A DNA stretch of 64,000 nucleotides from Fibrobacteria bacterium (GTDB taxonomy: Bacteria; Fibrobacterota; Chitinivibrionia; Chitinivibrionales; FEN-1185). This document shows positions 18,436-28,900 of the stretch, in pieces. Below the pieces are notes generated by a model. That model was not told where the DNA came from. It saw only the letters and a list, made by a program, of their open reading frames with translations, and searched no databases. Location: NCBI GenBank assembly GCA_037447435.1, contig JBBIGR010000017.1, forward strand, positions 1 to 64,000. The letters run 5' to 3'. The translations under genes and the position numbers were made by a program. How positions within the stretch are numbered: position 1 is the first letter of the stretch; each line of letters starts with the position of its first letter.

Positions 18436-19392
18436 ATGATAAAACAACCTCATGTTCTTTCCATACTTCTTTTTCCTGTTTGGGCTGCCAAACTTGTTGC
18501 AAAAAAAAACAAAGTCGGCGGACAGGCAATAATCGAAGGCGTAATGATGAGGTCGAAACAAAAAATATCCTGGGCAATTCGAAAACCCAACGGAGAAATT
18601 GCCGTCGAGCGCTTTCCATTTATTTCATTGGCGAAACGGCATAAATATTTAGCCTATCCGATAATTCGTGGTGCAATCAATCTGTACGAATCCTTAAAAC
18701 TCGGCTATAAAGCTTTATCACGGTCGGCAGAAATTGCTGCCGACGAACAAATGCAAAAAACAACCCCGAGTTCTTCAAAAGATAAAGCATCGATGATTTT
18801 TAGTCTTGTGGTTGCTCTCGGAATTTCGCTCGGGCTTTTTATGTATGTTCCGATGCAAATCTCGCAATTCTTTTTCAAAGACTCACCTATTTTATTCAAT
18901 GTTTTTGCCGGAGTTATCCGGATATCTTTATTTGTTCTGTATATTTTTCTTATCAGTTTATGGAAAGAAATTCGCAGAATATTTGAATATCACGGCGCTG
19001 AACATAAAGCAATTTTCGCATTCGAAGACGATAAAGAATTGACCTTGGAAAATATGCAGTCATATTCAACACTGCACCCGCGATGCGGAACAAGTTTTTT
19101 AGTTCTTGTTGCCCTTATTTGTATTTTTCTTTTTTCAATAATCGATACCTGTTTTACAATGCTTATTGGTCCTTATCCGAATATCTTGATTCGATTTGTC
19201 GTGCATATCGCCTTAATTCCGCTTGTCGGCGGCACTTCTTATGAAATGCTACGATTGTCGGACAGGTATCAAAATGTTCCTTTTGTAAAATTTTTTATTT
19301 TGCCCGGTTTATGGCTTCAGAAAATCACGACAAAAGAACCGAATGACGATCAACTGAAAATTGCCGCGTCAGCTTTAAAGGCATCACTATGA
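18436..19392 (+). CDS. DUF1385 (YqhQ-like) membrane protein
   Basis: GGQAIIEGVMM, FEYHGAEHK, HPRCGTSF, GLWLQKITTKEP; typical rpmE-prfA neighbour. Confidence 0.92.
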   Translation: MIKQPHVLSILLFPVWAAKLVAKKNKVGGQAIIEGVMMRSKQKISWAIRKPNGEIAVERFPFISLAKRHKYLAYPIIRGAINLYESLKLGYKALSRSAEIAADEQMQKTTPSSSKDKASMIFSLVVALGISLGLFMYVPMQISQFFFKDSPILFNVFAGVIRISLFVLYIFLISLWKEIRRIFEYHGAEHKAIFAFEDDKELTLENMQSYSTLHPRCGTSFLVLVALICIFLFSIIDTCFTMLIGPYPNILIRFVVHIALIPLVGGTSYEMLRLSDRYQNVPFVKFFILPGLWLQKITTKEPNDDQLKIAASALKASL

Positions 19393-20459
19393 TCGGCAAA
19401 ATAAACGAATATATAAACCGTCAGAAAGAACTTGAACAATCTCTTGCATCTCCCGAAGTATCAACGAATCCCCCGCTATTGGAAAAACTCGGAAGAGAAT
19501 ACAACACCATAAAAAAAATTATGCCCGAGTTGCTCAAATATTTAGACCAGGTAAATCAAATTGCCAATAATAAAGAAATGCTTCGAACCGAAACCGATGA
19601 TGAAATTCTTACCCTGGCACGAGAAGAATTGGATGTTTTAGAAGCGCAATTACCCGCATTGGATCAGAAAGTCAAAATGCTTTTGGTTCCGAAAGATCCC
19701 AATGATATAAAAAACGCCATTGTTGAAATAAGGGCCGGTACCGGCGGTATTGAGGCTGGAATTTTTGGTGCGGATCTTTATAGAATGTATTCCCATTTTT
19801 TAGAAAAAAAAGGCTGGAAACAGGAAGTATTAAGTTCCAATTACGGTGATATCGGTGCGATAAAAGAAATCATTTTCATGGTAAACGGCGAAGATGCATA
19901 CGGTACATTGAAATATGAATCCGGAGTTCATCGAGTGCAACGTGTACCGGAAACCGAGGCGCAAGGAAGAATACATACGTCGGCCGCGTCCGTTGCAGTC
20001 TTTCCAGAAGTCGATGAATTGGAAATTAACATCGATCCCTCGGAAATTCGAATAGATGTTTTTAGAGCCGGTGGAAAAGGCGGACAGCATGTCAATAAAA
20101 CCGAATCTGCGGTTCGAATTGTCCATTTGGAAACCGGCCTCACCGTTTCTTGTCAGGATGAAAAATCCCAATTGAAAAACAAGATCCAGGCGATGAAAAT
20201 TCTGACATCGCGGCTATTCGATTTGCGACAATCTCAAAAACTCGCAAAAGAATCGGCGGAACGGAAAAGTATGGTCGGCTCGGGTGACAGAAGTGAAAAA
20301 ATCAGAACGTACAATTTTCCCCAAAACCGGTTGACCGATCATCGTATTAATCTTACCCTGTATAACCTTGACGCGGTCATCAACGGTGATTTGCAAGGAA
20401 TTATCGATGCCCTTACCGCGGCAGACTTGAATGACCGTATAAAACAATCCGGTATGTAA
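19389..20459 (+). CDS. prfA: Peptide chain release factor 1
   Basis: GGQ motif, PxT recognition motif (RVPETE), KIRTYNFPQNR. Confidence 0.97.
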   Translation: MIGKINEYINRQKELEQSLASPEVSTNPPLLEKLGREYNTIKKIMPELLKYLDQVNQIANNKEMLRTETDDEILTLAREELDVLEAQLPALDQKVKMLLVPKDPNDIKNAIVEIRAGTGGIEAGIFGADLYRMYSHFLEKKGWKQEVLSSNYGDIGAIKEIIFMVNGEDAYGTLKYESGVHRVQRVPETEAQGRIHTSAASVAVFPEVDELEINIDPSEIRIDVFRAGGKGGQHVNKTESAVRIVHLETGLTVSCQDEKSQLKNKIQAMKILTSRLFDLRQSQKLAKESAERKSMVGSGDRSEKIRTYNFPQNRLTDHRINLTLYNLDAVINGDLQGIIDALTAADLNDRIKQSGM

Positions 20460-20529
20460 ATAAAAACGATTCGTAAAATTATCCGCCTCGTTTTTATGCT
20501 TTTTTTAGAAAAACATAAAAAGGGTCTAT

Positions 20530-21384
20530 ATGCCGCGATCTTCTATGTCATGCGTTCAGGAAATAGCGCAAAAGCTTTTTCCTGTTTGCGGAAGCAGCGC
20601 TCAGAGTGAATCAGAGCAAATTTTACAATTCTTATTGCGCTGTTCAAGAAGCGATTTATACTTAAATAAAAACAATGTACTGCAAAAACTTGATGAATTT
20701 GAAATAAAACAGCGCATCGACAGCATCGTAAGCCGAAGACTTCGCGATGAACCGCTTGCCTACATATTTGGGAAAACATTCTTTTTTTCCAAAGAGATCA
20801 TTGTTTCCCCGAGCGTTTTGATTCCCCGTCCCGACACCGAGATTCTCGTGGATATCATTTTGCAACAAATCAAGGACACCGCGACTTTCCTGGATGCGTG
20901 TACCGGCTCAGGCGCAATCGCATCGGTCCTGATCCAACAAAGGCCGCAATGGATAGGATACGCATCGGATATTTCCATACAAGCGCTTTCAATAGCAAAA
21001 GTAAATACAGGATCAGCGATTAAATTATTATGTTCCGATTTATTTTCGGCATTTGGACCTACGGCCGAAGGTTTATTCGATTTCATGGTTTGCAATCCGC
21101 CGTATATTTCACAAAATGAAATGACGAATCTGGATTCAAGCGTTATAAAATACGAGCCTGCCTTGGCACTTTTGGGCGGAGACGACGGACTTGATTTTTA
21201 CAGAAAACTGGCTCAAGAGTCCGGGATTTTATTAAAACCCTTTGGAAAAATATTCTGTGAAATAGGTTTTTCACAAGGTGACGCGGTCTATGATTTATTT
21301 TTAAAAAACAATTGGCGTAACATAAGAATTTACAATGACCTTGCGCAAAGACATCGTGTCGTTTCTGCAGAAAAATCGATATGA
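20530..21384 (+). CDS. prmC: Release factor glutamine methyltransferase
   Basis: EPLAYI, LIPRPDTE, DACTGSG, NPPY, GGDDGL. Confidence 0.95.
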   Translation: MPRSSMSCVQEIAQKLFPVCGSSAQSESEQILQFLLRCSRSDLYLNKNNVLQKLDEFEIKQRIDSIVSRRLRDEPLAYIFGKTFFFSKEIIVSPSVLIPRPDTEILVDIILQQIKDTATFLDACTGSGAIASVLIQQRPQWIGYASDISIQALSIAKVNTGSAIKLLCSDLFSAFGPTAEGLFDFMVCNPPYISQNEMTNLDSSVIKYEPALALLGGDDGLDFYRKLAQESGILLKPFGKIFCEIGFSQGDAVYDLFLKNNWRNIRIYNDLAQRHRVVSAEKSI

Positions 21385-22418
21385 AAAATGAACCGTTGGG
21401 AAACTCGTTTTTACCCAGAAATCTGGCCCGGATCTATGGGATTGCGATATCCATTCGGAATTTGCTGTTCGACCTACTCCCCCGGCTTTCTCATTCCGCG
21501 AAATTTCCCGTCATAAGCATCGGTAATATTCATGCCGGAGGTACCGGGAAAACACCGGTATCGCTTTTAATAGGAACATATTTGGCAAAACGCAATATCG
21601 AAACGGTTTTTTTAAGCAGAGGATATCGTCGAAAAAATAAATCGCCTATTATTTGCAAACCGGGGCAATCTTTACAATGGGAAGATGTCGGCGATGAGCC
21701 GGCCATGATTCATACGAATATCCCGAATTCCTGGCTTGGCATCGGCCCCAACAGATTGCAATCGATTGCGGAAATACAACCTCAACTCTCAAAAAAGTCC
21801 GTATTCATTCTTGACGATGGATTTCAGCATCGAAAAGTTCGAAGAAATCTGGATTTAATCTGTATACCGCCCAATCCTTTTTCGGATTTGCTGTTGCCTG
21901 CCGGAATGTTACGCGAACCGATTAATAATTTAAAACGCGCATCGTGCGTGTTTGTTATCGGAACCCCAAATGAAAAAACGGTTGCGGAAGAAACGAGACG
22001 GAATTTACTTCGCATGTTTCCGCATTTAAAAGTTTTCACTCTTTTTCAAATCCCCATTTCATGGATACGCCTGTCGGATAAATTTCAGGTTGATACTCTG
22101 CCGACCTTTAAAGCCGGACTCATGTGTGGAATAGCGAGGCCCCAAAGATTTTTAGATCTGGTACGCTCTCTCGGGATAATTCCGGTAAAAAATCTGATTT
22201 GCGGCGATCATCATATATTCTCGGAATCGGAAATCAGCGAATTTTGTTCACCTGAAATTGAGGGTATCATAACCACTGAAAAGGACGCTTTTAGAATTGA
22301 TACTTTAAAGCTTGTTAATTGTCCGGATATTTGGTATCTTAGAATAGGGTTGGTATTTTCCGATTTCGGACATGAAAATGAATTTTATTCGTATTTGAAC
22401 GGTTTAATAGCCTTATAA
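21381..22418 (+). CDS. lpxK: Tetraacyldisaccharide 4'-kinase
   Basis: ISIGNIHAGGTGKTP, SRGY, GDEP, LDDGFQH, LPAGMLREP, TTEKD. Confidence 0.96.
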   Translation: MKNEPLGNSFLPRNLARIYGIAISIRNLLFDLLPRLSHSAKFPVISIGNIHAGGTGKTPVSLLIGTYLAKRNIETVFLSRGYRRKNKSPIICKPGQSLQWEDVGDEPAMIHTNIPNSWLGIGPNRLQSIAEIQPQLSKKSVFILDDGFQHRKVRRNLDLICIPPNPFSDLLLPAGMLREPINNLKRASCVFVIGTPNEKTVAEETRRNLLRMFPHLKVFTLFQIPISWIRLSDKFQVDTLPTFKAGLMCGIARPQRFLDLVRSLGIIPVKNLICGDHHIFSESEISEFCSPEIEGIITTEKDAFRIDTLKLVNCPDIWYLRIGLVFSDFGHENEFYSYLNGLIAL

Positions 22419-22442
22419 AATTATTTAGAGGAGGTTTGTCGC

Positions 22443-22817
22443 ATGATGAAATTCGTCGTTTCCCTCGTCTGTTTTGTCCTTCTGCAGGCCCCATTTTCAA
22501 CATGCCAGGCTGCGAGTTCACGATATGTGGAAATTAAAGAACCATTTGTTAACATTTATGAATTTTTAGACCCGAAATCAAATGTCATCAAGCAAGCTAA
22601 AAAAGGCGATCATTTTGAACTTGTATATGAAGGAAAAGCATGGTATCAGATAAAAATTAAAGACAAAGTAGGTTGGCTTGAAAAAAACGCCGGAATTATC
22701 GTGAATAATCCGCAATATCTTCCCATAGGGACTTTTTTAGTTTTTGTCATTCTGTTACTCGGTACTCTGGTGGGCGTTTCGTTGTATATTTATAAGCAAA
22801 AATCGGTAGAAGTTTAG
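22443..22817 (+). CDS. SH3b-domain membrane protein
   Basis: Signal peptide, WYQIK...VGWL SH3b signature, C-terminal TM. Confidence 0.75.
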   Translation: MMKFVVSLVCFVLLQAPFSTCQAASSRYVEIKEPFVNIYEFLDPKSNVIKQAKKGDHFELVYEGKAWYQIKIKDKVGWLEKNAGIIVNNPQYLPIGTFLVFVILLLGTLVGVSLYIYKQKSVEV

Positions 22818-22834
22818 GTCGGTATCGACAAACA

Positions 22835-24694
22835 ATGACGATGATTCGCGTTTCACGGTTTATTGCCATACTATTGATTTGTTTCTTTGCATTTAAGAGT
22901 CATGCCACTAACGTCGTTGTTGTAAAAGATTTGGCAAAGGTCCTGCTTCTTCCCTATGGCGATGCAAAAATGCTCGGCCTTGTAAAAAAGGGCGAGTCGT
23001 TTAAAGTAGTCACCAAGAAGAACGACTGGTATAATATCGAGTATAAAAATTCCATCGGTTGGATATTTCAGGACAATGTCCGGACCGATGCACAGGCAAC
23101 GGTCTTGGCCCCGCTTCCACCTCAGGCTCCGTCACCTCCTGTTCAACAACAGCCGTTGCCGCAAATCCAAGTTCCCAAGCAGAATCAAAATGTTGAGATG
23201 CCGAAAACCGTCGAATCGGTTGATATTACGGCGGAAAAAATCGAATCAAGGTTATTAAAAAAGCCTACTTTCCAGCAAGCCGTTAAACCTAAAAAGAGCC
23301 CTTCGTTTTCCGTTGATTTGCCGCTTCCTCGTTCGGAATCTCCTACTGCGGAAAGGGAAAGAAAAAACAAAGAGTTTCCGGGCAAACCGGCCGCCGGTAC
23401 GATTTCATTGCAAGAAAAGCAAACGGTAAACCGCAATGAAAATATTTACAAAAACAAGCAGTACGCTTCGCAAGTGCAATCCGGTTCTTCCGGGGAAATC
23501 AAACAAATCTCCGACGTTTCTGCGCAATCGGTCGCGGAAAATAAAATTTCCGATACGGCTAAATTGACAACCAAGGATACGGCGGCTTCTTTACTTCGGC
23601 CCAACGAATCGTCCGATGATATAAAAAAATTCTTTGAAGTCGGCGACAGCATCATAAACGTTTACGCGGAAAACAAATCGACTTCCACGATTCTCGGCTT
23701 TGCCAAAAAAGGCGAATGTTTCATTTTATTGAAATCCGAAAACGCCTGGTGTCAAATCCGCTTCGGAAATTCTGAAGCCTGGGTCGAAGAATCATCGGGA
23801 AAAGCGCTTGACAACCCGGCTTTTTCGAACAATTTGCCCCAGATACTGACGATAATCGGGGTATCAATCGGTCTGATTGTCGTTATCATATTGATTTTTG
23901 TTCTCATTACCTTTTTAAAACGAAGTCAGGCATCCAGAAGGGTTTCCATAAAAAAAGACTTGCTTTTAATAGCCCATACCGAAAAAGAAGTGCAATATTC
24001 CTTAACGAATACGACCACGTCCCTTTCAAAATGTTTTTCCGAAATCGGTTTTAAAGTGAACTATGCCGCAGACATGGAACATGCAAAAAATCTGCTTATG
24101 CATTATTTGCCCGATGTCATAGTCATTGATTGGCAGCTTGGAAATCATATTTTGCAATCGGTGGAATCGGTACTGGCAAACAGGACCTCGACCACAAATA
24201 TTCTGGTCGTATTTTATAATGTTCCCGATGCATCCGCAATGCCTAAAAGCGCGGTAGTTCCCAATGTCGCATATCTCGGCATATCTTTCTACGATCGCGA
24301 TGTTTTCAAATTGGTAACACCTCTTATAATCACGGAATCCGAAACAAAATCGATCCGTAAAAGTGTTGAATCTTCGGCTCTTGGCGGCGACATTGGTCCG
24401 GGAAGCCTTATAGAAGTCATGCAATTTATCGAAATTGGGAGAAAAACCGGTTGTCTATTTATTACCCAGCAGGAAAAGCCGTACGGACTTATTTACTTTG
24501 AGCAAGGCAGGCTTACCTATGCCGCTTCCCAAGGCAAACAAGGACGCGATGCCGTATTCGAAATTCTAGGTTTAAAAACCGGCAAATTTCATTTTGTAAA
24601 AGATAAAATCACTTCCACGAAAAATGTCAGCGTTTCCACCCTGGAAATTCTTATGGAATGGACCAAAGCGGTTGATGAAGCTCATCGGCTTTGA
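22835..24694 (+). CDS. Transmembrane protein: SH3b x2, TM, pseudo-receiver, DUF4388/PatA-N
   Basis: WYNIEY..IGWI and WCQIRF..EAWV; Pro/Gln linker; TM; PDVIVIDW; LGGDIGPGSLIEVMQFIEIGRKTGCL..GLIYFEQGRL. Confidence 0.75.
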   Translation: MTMIRVSRFIAILLICFFAFKSHATNVVVVKDLAKVLLLPYGDAKMLGLVKKGESFKVVTKKNDWYNIEYKNSIGWIFQDNVRTDAQATVLAPLPPQAPSPPVQQQPLPQIQVPKQNQNVEMPKTVESVDITAEKIESRLLKKPTFQQAVKPKKSPSFSVDLPLPRSESPTAERERKNKEFPGKPAAGTISLQEKQTVNRNENIYKNKQYASQVQSGSSGEIKQISDVSAQSVAENKISDTAKLTTKDTAASLLRPNESSDDIKKFFEVGDSIINVYAENKSTSTILGFAKKGECFILLKSENAWCQIRFGNSEAWVEESSGKALDNPAFSNNLPQILTIIGVSIGLIVVIILIFVLITFLKRSQASRRVSIKKDLLLIAHTEKEVQYSLTNTTTSLSKCFSEIGFKVNYAADMEHAKNLLMHYLPDVIVIDWQLGNHILQSVESVLANRTSTTNILVVFYNVPDASAMPKSAVVPNVAYLGISFYDRDVFKLVTPLIITESETKSIRKSVESSALGGDIGPGSLIEVMQFIEIGRKTGCLFITQQEKPYGLIYFEQGRLTYAASQGKQGRDAVFEILGLKTGKFHFVKDKITSTKNVSVSTLEILMEWTKAVDEAHRL

Positions 24695-25103
24695 TTACGG
24701 ACGCAGACGCATAGGAATTTCGGTTACCGATGAAACCGGAACATTTGTGAGGAGTCTTCCAATCATCGACCGTTCCTTGCAGCAGGATGCCGTAGCAGCG
24801 GTATTGGCCGTTATCATACGGGAAGATCCGGATAAAATAGTCTTTGGTTTACCGCTGTCTCCCGAAGATTCGGAAACGATCATGTCGTCCGAGATAAGGC
24901 GCTTTGCGCAATCATTGGCGCTTCGCACCGATATTCCGATAGATTTTATCGATGAAAGTTTGACTTCCAAGCGCGCAAGCGATATAATTCGTATGCGGAA
25001 GAAGAAGCATCGACAAGCTAAGGAAAACATAGACAAGGTTGCGGCCTGTCTGATATTGGAAGCGTATCTGCAACAGGAAAAACCATGCGGAAATTTCATG
25101 TAG
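24675..25103 (+). CDS. ruvX: YqgF/RuvX family RNase/resolvase
   Basis: GFDYGRRRIGIS, VFGLP, IDESLTS, IDKVAACLILE. Confidence 0.93.
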   Translation: MKLIGFDYGRRRIGISVTDETGTFVRSLPIIDRSLQQDAVAAVLAVIIREDPDKIVFGLPLSPEDSETIMSSEIRRFAQSLALRTDIPIDFIDESLTSKRASDIIRMRKKKHRQAKENIDKVAACLILEAYLQQEKPCGNFM

Positions 25104-25816
25104 TTCTCACCTGTTTTTTTTCGATTTTCCTTCTTGGTTCTTCATGTCCGACTCCGGAACAATTTCCACCGCCTCCGCTTTCGGCACCTATAATCACCGG
25201 TAAAGAAATCGCTCTCGCAAAATTCGATACGTACAGGCCGGCAATTCACATAACTTGGAAAGCTCCTGCTACGGATACTCTTGCAATAAAAGAATACGTC
25301 ATATTGACCAAATCCGACGACAGTGCGGGTTTTTCCGTTCTGGTAAGAAATATCCCCAACACGGTATTAAACTATTACGATAACATCGACAGAATCAGTA
25401 TTCCTGCAAACGAAATAAAATCGGTCTATTATAAGATATTCGCAATCGATTCGCTCGGACGAAACGGAGATACTTCCTCATTGGATTCATTTATCGTTTC
25501 ATGGCCTCCGAAACAAATTTTTCCGCTTTCAAGCGATACCATTGTTCCGGATTCTCTCGTTTTTACGGTATCGGGAGTCATGGGAGGCTATTACCCGTAC
25601 GTTTTCCTTTGCTCCGACAGTATGGGAGTTTTTTGGAAAAGCCCGAAGCCCGATACTCCCACATATTCGTTTGCAGATAAAACCGACCGCTTTATTGTGC
25701 AAGTCCCGAAGACTATTACATTCGTTAAAAATTCGATGTATTACTGGGCGGTAAAAGTAGAAATTCCAACGGGCAATTCTCAAGCTTTAGCTGTGAGCAG
25801 GTTTTATGTTCCTTAG
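25085..25816 (+). CDS. Hypothetical lipoprotein with Fn3-like domains
   Basis: Lipobox LLGSSC; ITWKAP...YYKIFAID; YYWAVK. Confidence 0.65.
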   Translation: MRKFHVVLTCFFSIFLLGSSCPTPEQFPPPPLSAPIITGKEIALAKFDTYRPAIHITWKAPATDTLAIKEYVILTKSDDSAGFSVLVRNIPNTVLNYYDNIDRISIPANEIKSVYYKIFAIDSLGRNGDTSSLDSFIVSWPPKQIFPLSSDTIVPDSLVFTVSGVMGGYYPYVFLCSDSMGVFWKSPKPDTPTYSFADKTDRFIVQVPKTITFVKNSMYYWAVKVEIPTGNSQALAVSRFYVP

Positions 25817-25902
25817 GGCCTCTATGAATAAATTATACTCTGGAAAACTCGGAACTATTGCAAAAAACTTACCTCAGAGCGATGTGCGCGGTTAGTAGGA
25901 AA

Positions 25903-28900
25903 ATGATAAAAATAGTATTATTAGCAATAATGAGCATCCCTGTTTTGGTTTGCCCAAGTTATGGAATAGCGTACAAAGTTTCTTCCATCTCATCGCAACA
26001 AATCAATGTTTCATATCAGCTGGATTCGTTTGAAATCAAAAACGCTTTAAATCGTGACCCGATACTTTTCGGATTTTCGATTCCGGCTACATCAACCTAT
26101 ACCGTTTCGGTAAGTTCGGATAATTCAACACAAGTATCTGCAATTCCGGTGACAATTCTTTCCAAAGGATTTTGCGGAACATCGAATTTACAATGGATTT
26201 CGTTCCTTCCCTATTCGGTATCATCAACAAACGATAAAAATGCGGTGAATCATGGAACCATTTCCATTCGGTTTACTTCGTCGGCAATCAACCCTAATCA
26301 GAATTTTTCCATCAAAAACGGAATTATGCGTTTTTCCACTCAAACTCCTTTGCAAAAAATCGCGAGTATATCCCGCCAAGAATTGCCCAGCCGAAGCGGA
26401 CTCCGCATGTTTATCGACGAGGACGGAATTTACGAATTAAAATTCAGCGATTTGAGAAAACTGGGAGTTCCCATCGACAATATTCCGTTACAATATTTTA
26501 AAATTTATTGTAAAAACGTCGAAATTCCGTGTCTGTTTTCGCAAGCTTCCCAATTGCCTGTCGGTAACGACAACTCGATTTTATTTTTTGCCCAATCCCT
26601 GCGCGGAACCACCACCTATTATTCGCAGTTTTCCAAATCGAACGTTTACTGGTTAACCTGGCAAACCGATAGGCCGGGTCAACGCATCGCGGAAGTATCG
26701 GGCGCAAAACGACGGGATATAACAAGTTATCAAGGACTGGGCGTAAAAAGTATTGCGGCAAAGGATTTTTTTGACACGGTTCATTGCGAGCAGGACAATA
26801 TTTTGCTTTCTCTTGGGAATTCCTTTTCAGTGCAGGATATGGCCGATTCTTCACAGGCAACAATAACCGATCAATGGTATTGGGGTGAAATTGGGAGCAC
26901 CGCATTGACGGATTTTTCATTCGATTTACCTTCGCCGACCGTATCTATGGACCAGTCGTTTTCGGCGAGGCTGAGAATCCGTTTACAGGGAGTCACGAAT
27001 GATCCAAACGTTCCATTTGATCATAAAATAGCAATTTATTTGAACAGCGATACGCTCGGAGTTGCCCAATGGGACGGGCAAACACAATATGATTTTACCA
27101 GTTCGTATTTTCCCTCGAGCAAACTGTTGCCGGGACAAAACAAAATCACTTTTAATGTTTTACAGACGCAATCGCAAATCGGGACCGATCTATCGTTGCT
27201 TAACTGGATCGATGTGGAATACTATCGAACATTCAACACCAATACCGATGAGTTATTTTTTAAAAACAATTCTTCGGATGTCAATACAGCTCTCCAATTT
27301 TCCATTACCGGGTTGACAAAACCGTTTGTAGATTTATGGGACCTTACAATGAACAGGTTTTATTCCGGATTCAGTATAGAAACCGATGCGAGCCATTCTA
27401 AAAAATTATATTCGGTTGTTTTCCAGGATACCTTGACCAAGGTCCATTCCTTTCTTTGCCAAACTACGGATAAAAGACTTTACCCTCGCGAATTGAAATT
27501 AGATACGATAAAGACCGATTGGGATCAGGTAGCAAAAGCCGATTACATTGTCGTGACCGTAGACAGCTTTTTTGCCGCGTTTTCTCCGTTCGTTGACATG
27601 TACAAAGCAAAAAACATGAATGTAGCCTTAGTAAATATATCAGATGTGTATAATTCGTTTTCATTCGGGATACGCGACCCGGAAAGTATCCGATTACTGA
27701 TGCAATATTTATATCAGGTACCCTCAAGCAACAAGCCCCGCTATTTATTGCTGGGAGGAGATTGCACGCAAGGCCTCGATAAAATATACCGGGACAGGAA
27801 CATCGTCCCCACTCACTTATCCCAAGTTCCGGGTTGGGGGCCGGCAGCGGATGACGGTTATTTTTCAACAATAATCGGCGACGACAATTTCCCTGATTTA
27901 TATGTAGGGCGGTTTCCTGCAAATACTATTTCCGAAATAAAAAATATTGTTGATAAAACAATAAGTTACCAGACGAAACAGGTGAATGGTCCCTGGCATG
28001 ACAATTTACTTCTGGTTGGCGGTGCGGAACCAGATTTCACAACATTCAACGATCAAATGGTATCCGAAGTTATTGGCGCTCAAATGAATATTACAAGACT
28101 CGATGGAGATCCCACTTCAAAATTCTACCGGGACGCAACAACGGCATCAAAAGATATGGCCGGGTATATTAACGCCGGAACCTATGCGATTAATTTTAAC
28201 GGCCACGGCGGCGGTTTAGTTTGGTCCGACAGCAAATTTTTCAGTTACTCAGACCTGACCAATTTGTATAACGGCCAATGGGACAAAGCAGGACGATTAC
28301 CCCTTGTTTTCAGTTTTACCTGCCTTACAGGCTTTTTTGAAAGCCCCATATACCGATCGTTGGGTGAAGAATTCGTCCGCATCCCAAAAAATGGTGCAAT
28401 CGGTTTTTTCGGGGCTTCAGGCTATACTTCGAAACGCGGAAACCTGATTATGAATCGCATGTTTTTGGAAAACGGTTTGAATGGGAATTTCGAAAGTATT
28501 GGAGAACTGTTATGGCTATGCAAAACAACAATGCTCGCTGAATTCGGTTCCGAATATCTCCCCCTGATTAGAGAATACAATTTACTGGGCGATCCGGCAT
28601 TGCCGTGGAAGCTTGCACCTGTAAATACTATGACTACGACGCTTGCGAAACAGTCGTTAGGCAGCAAGGATTCTCTTTTGATTTCGGGAAACTGCGCCAC
28701 GATAACAAAGGGGCAAGTTAAGACTTCGATCGGGGCGGATTATATGAAATGGAATGACTACAGCACCCCGGTATTATCAAACCGATACTCATTAAAAGTA
28801 CCTTTAAAAGATTCAATAAATACCTCGCACGGCTATGTTCATTCCTTTGCATGGAATGACTCCGTTGAATCCCGATCCTTTACCTCTTTTTCAAAAAACA

